NCBI GenBank assembly: GCA_964495375.1 | Contig: CAZBWM010000012.1 | Coordinates: 11,323-75,322, forward strand | Direction: 5' to 3' | Length of the DNA: 64,000 nucleotides | Origin: an uncultured Planctomycetaceae bacterium | GTDB lineage: Bacteria; Planctomycetota; Planctomycetia; Pirellulales; JAEUIK01 | Shown here: positions 62,601-64,000 of the stretch, piece by piece | Layout of the letters: every line of letters begins with the position of its first letter | Position numbering within the stretch: the stretch's first letter is position 1 | Position numbers and translations under genes: made by a program | The notes under the pieces: model-generated | Databases searched by the model: none | The model's input: the letters and a program-made list of their open reading frames with translations, nothing else | Told to the model about the DNA's origin: nothing

Positions 62601-64000
62601 ACGATGCTCACGCGGAAATCGGCCACGCTGGGGACCAGCGCGAACTTGGCCGAGAACGGCACAAAGATCACCGACGTGGCCGCCGAAACGGTGGCCGTCC
62701 CCTGATCGCTGAAGAGCCCGACTTTTTGACTGTTGGTATCCAGCGCCAGATTACTGCGGACCGTCGTCTGGGTATCGACAGCGTTGAACCGCCAAGGTTG
62801 ATCTCCGACGGTGACTCCCGTCGCGGTATTGCCGAGAAAAATGGTGCCGCGGCCATCCATCTCAACCAGGCCCGCGGAGGTCACGCCCGGCAGAACCGTG
62901 AAGGTATTGTCCTGCAGCGAATTGCCATAGAACGAACGAACGATCTGCACGACCGGCTGGCTCATATCGGCCGCCAGCACGAATTGGTTGTCGCTGATGA
63001 CATTGGCACGCACCCAGGAAGTGCTATTGGCATTGAACACGATGGCCGGCTGGCCGTGCAGCTCAAAGATGTTCGCCAAGACCGAGGTGCCGATCAGCGA
63101 CATGCTCGGCGCGGCGACAATCGCCGGGCCGGCCGAGGCCACGAAGTAGTTCTCAGTGACGATCGTGTTATAGCCAAAGGTGCCACTTGCATGTGGATTG
63201 CCGAAGCGGTCGACGGCGCTGAAGTAGATCGCGGCGATCGAAAAGTCTTGATGGGGAGCGCTGCCCGTGTGGCCGAACTGATTTCCGGAGAAGGTGTTCA
63301 GATCGTCGCGCACGAGGATACCGTACTGCGCGGGCGTGACAAGCGAGCCACTGTCGATCTGATTGTTATTGACGGTGTTCTGATCGTCGATCACCATCGC
63401 GATCGAATGGTTGCCGCTAAAAATGTTGCTGGAGATGGTGCTCTGGCTGACGCGCTGGCCCGAGCTGGCGGCCAGGCCGATATCGTTGCCCGTAAACACG
63501 TTGTTCACGAGGAAAGCGTCGATCAAGCGGCCGGTCAGGCCGACGCCGTTGTCGATGAAGCTGCAATCGTAGATGTAGGGGTTCTCGAAGACGACGGCGC
63601 CAGCGTCCGCGTTGTTCTTGAACGTCGAACGCGTCGTCATGTTCTGATATTCGAACGGCGCGCCGTAGTAACCGGTACCGAAGCCGTCGACTTCGACGGA
63701 GTCGATGTGGTAGATGCCCAGGAAGCCCGTTACGAGCGACAGATCGATGCCGATGTACGAGTGAGTCGACTCGCCGCGCAGCGTCAGGTCGTTGAAGCCG
63801 CCGAAATTAAAAGTGCTGATCGCCGCGGACTTAAACAGGCTGCCGGTCGCGCCTTCCCCCTGCTGGATGATCGAAACGCCGATGCCGTCGCCGTAGTGGT
63901 AGACATTGGGCAGGAGCGGCAACGTTTGATTGACGAGGTATGTTCCCGCCGAGAAGTACACCGCGCCGCCCCCTGCGGCACTAGCGGCATTGAGCGCGGC
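59621..64000 (-). CDS. giant secreted protein: tandem right-handed beta-helix (pectate-lyase-3-like) modules + PKD domain + RTX-type Ca-binding repeats; N-terminus outside window
   Basis: The frame is open to nt 64000 (..AALNAASAAGGGAVYFSAGTY mirrors the internal INAAYAAGGGIVYFPRGNY). Two modules of about 540 aa, rich in NxxxGN turns. PKD-like FDFTIDWGDGSAP..HTFSKVG. GGAGGDVL / GGAGTNTLYGGAAGDILIGG / GGSGSDTIYG nonapeptide repeats. Confidence 0.8.
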   Translation of the reverse strand, partial: AALNAASAAGGGAVYFSAGTYLVNQTLPLLPNVYHYGDGIGVSIIQQGEGATGSLFKSAAISTFNFGGFNDLTLRGESTHSYIGIDLSLVTGFLGIYHIDSVEVDGFGTGYYGAPFEYQNMTTRSTFKNNADAGAVVFENPYIYDCSFIDNGVGLTGRLIDAFLVNNVFTGNDIGLAASSGQRVSQSTISSNIFSGNHSIAMVIDDQNTVNNNQIDSGSLVTPAQYGILVRDDLNTFSGNQFGHTGSAPHQDFSIAAIYFSAVDRFGNPHASGTFGYNTIVTENYFVASAGPAIVAAPSMSLIGTSVLANIFELHGQPAIVFNANSTSWVRANVISDNQFVLAADMSQPVVQIVRSFYGNSLQDNTFTVLPGVTSAGLVEMDGRGTIFLGNTATGVTVGDQPWRFNAVDTQTTVRSNLALDTNSQKVGLFSDQGTATVSAATSVIFVPFSAKFALVPSVADFRVSIVGNPGNTTALWISSITAQGFVLNLNQAPGTGSIQVAWSVADQAFTGVASAALPPDEGLASATLPPLPIPDLSALPVFNVKDYGAWGSGGHNDSPEVTAAINAAYAAGGGIVYFPRGNYTLNDTLTLLPGVYFQGDGANVSLLTQGAAATSDMFRAAPAAAFDRAGFLDLTLNGKVTKDTVGVNFSNVNGPLTNVYIDHSVFIGFQVGYRGAANEQQTLMTNSLFGGGDVGVEVNGDPQIVNCRFNGAIIGITGNLDGATILSNYFSSNTLGMMPTEGARIQNSVVGANVFTGNAMLGLIIDNGNTIYGNIINGSTAATPALAGLVIRGNNNTVSSNNFGLESGSPGVITFDFSVGNIVFSSTDWTGGPHPGSSFGAGNLIEHNNFTAQSGPAIVGPAATSLTGVSIVGNSFGLLGRPGILLNADPGYSVDGVTIADNSFVIKNHLTATVLQIANTQTGNQVTGNLFRADGGVATAAMVDIDAVGTTFVGNRATNLTVGKKPWIFRAIDAGTTIAANLAVDTADLEVGMTDTSGLSTITAGQTAVQVTFTSPLALVPDLANVHLTFASSPGAATSAWASNVTASGFTLNLNQAPGVTTFVGWSVYGTDFVAVAVPTAEVQGPATALRDSQQTFTLVASDGASTSFDFTIDWGDGSAPQLVSGPSGTQVTHTFSKVGANVVSVVASTSYGVSSLPATTNVAVTAVQVVQSSGQFDLSWTGTAGADEVQFEQIDATTIRVVTLRENGVATNYSETISGITGRVVANGGAGGDVLNASALSSTQATLDGGAGTNTLYGGAAGDILIGGSNGAEGRQADNIIIAGNGTNTIYGNGIAGLKGSVGGNNLIVGGSGSDTIYGSYATVASNGGEGGRNLIIAGGGADVVYSSQEADGAEGGKGSVIVSGTTSLSQSALLSVLSEWTSGRDYATRVDNILGLGTGTRSNGNNFLLPGINIAGDAAIDQLYGDSSGSPNWYLYTLLIDQINRDKVGEIFTSID

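Overview
This is a 64-kb high-GC bacterial chromosomal window. Gene and repeat content look planctomycetal (Pirellulales-like). That placement is an inference from a DUF1549/DUF1553 'planctomycete cytochrome c' + DUF1501 gene pair, an SGDH-cytochrome c fusion, a PEP-CTERM protein, a giant beta-helix/RTX protein and several families of short palindromic intergenic repeats. I can support about 46 CDS. Housekeeping genes include bioB, Mrp/ApbC, dgkA, an lptD-like gene, ygiQ, Hsp20, an MMPL exporter and a GT39 glycosyltransferase. Other coding features are: a PspA/IM30-like + two SPFH gene cluster, divergent from a tightly packed TadE-TadE-TadG(vWA)-ABC operon; a degenerate sigma54-EBP-like regulator; a four-gene cluster with a Cys-pair beta-propeller; a thioredoxin/cytochrome c/Cu-monooxygenase-like fusion; a lower-GC XRE/ImmA module with a perfect palindromic operator; and a dehydrogenase/MFS/ADH/NHL cluster. 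I recognised no rRNA, tRNA, CRISPR array, transposase or integrase. The most unusual signals are non-coding. Two paralogous iteron-like TTGCGTCC arrays carry copy-specific flanks. A 2.4-kb ORF-poor stretch (26976-29344) is packed with repeats. At least six families of short hairpin/palindromic repeats occur, one with a compensatory stem change. One hairpin element is flanked by a perfect 13-bp direct repeat. All functional calls come from motif recognition by eye on the supplied translations; no database search or folding program was run, and several start codons are uncertain.
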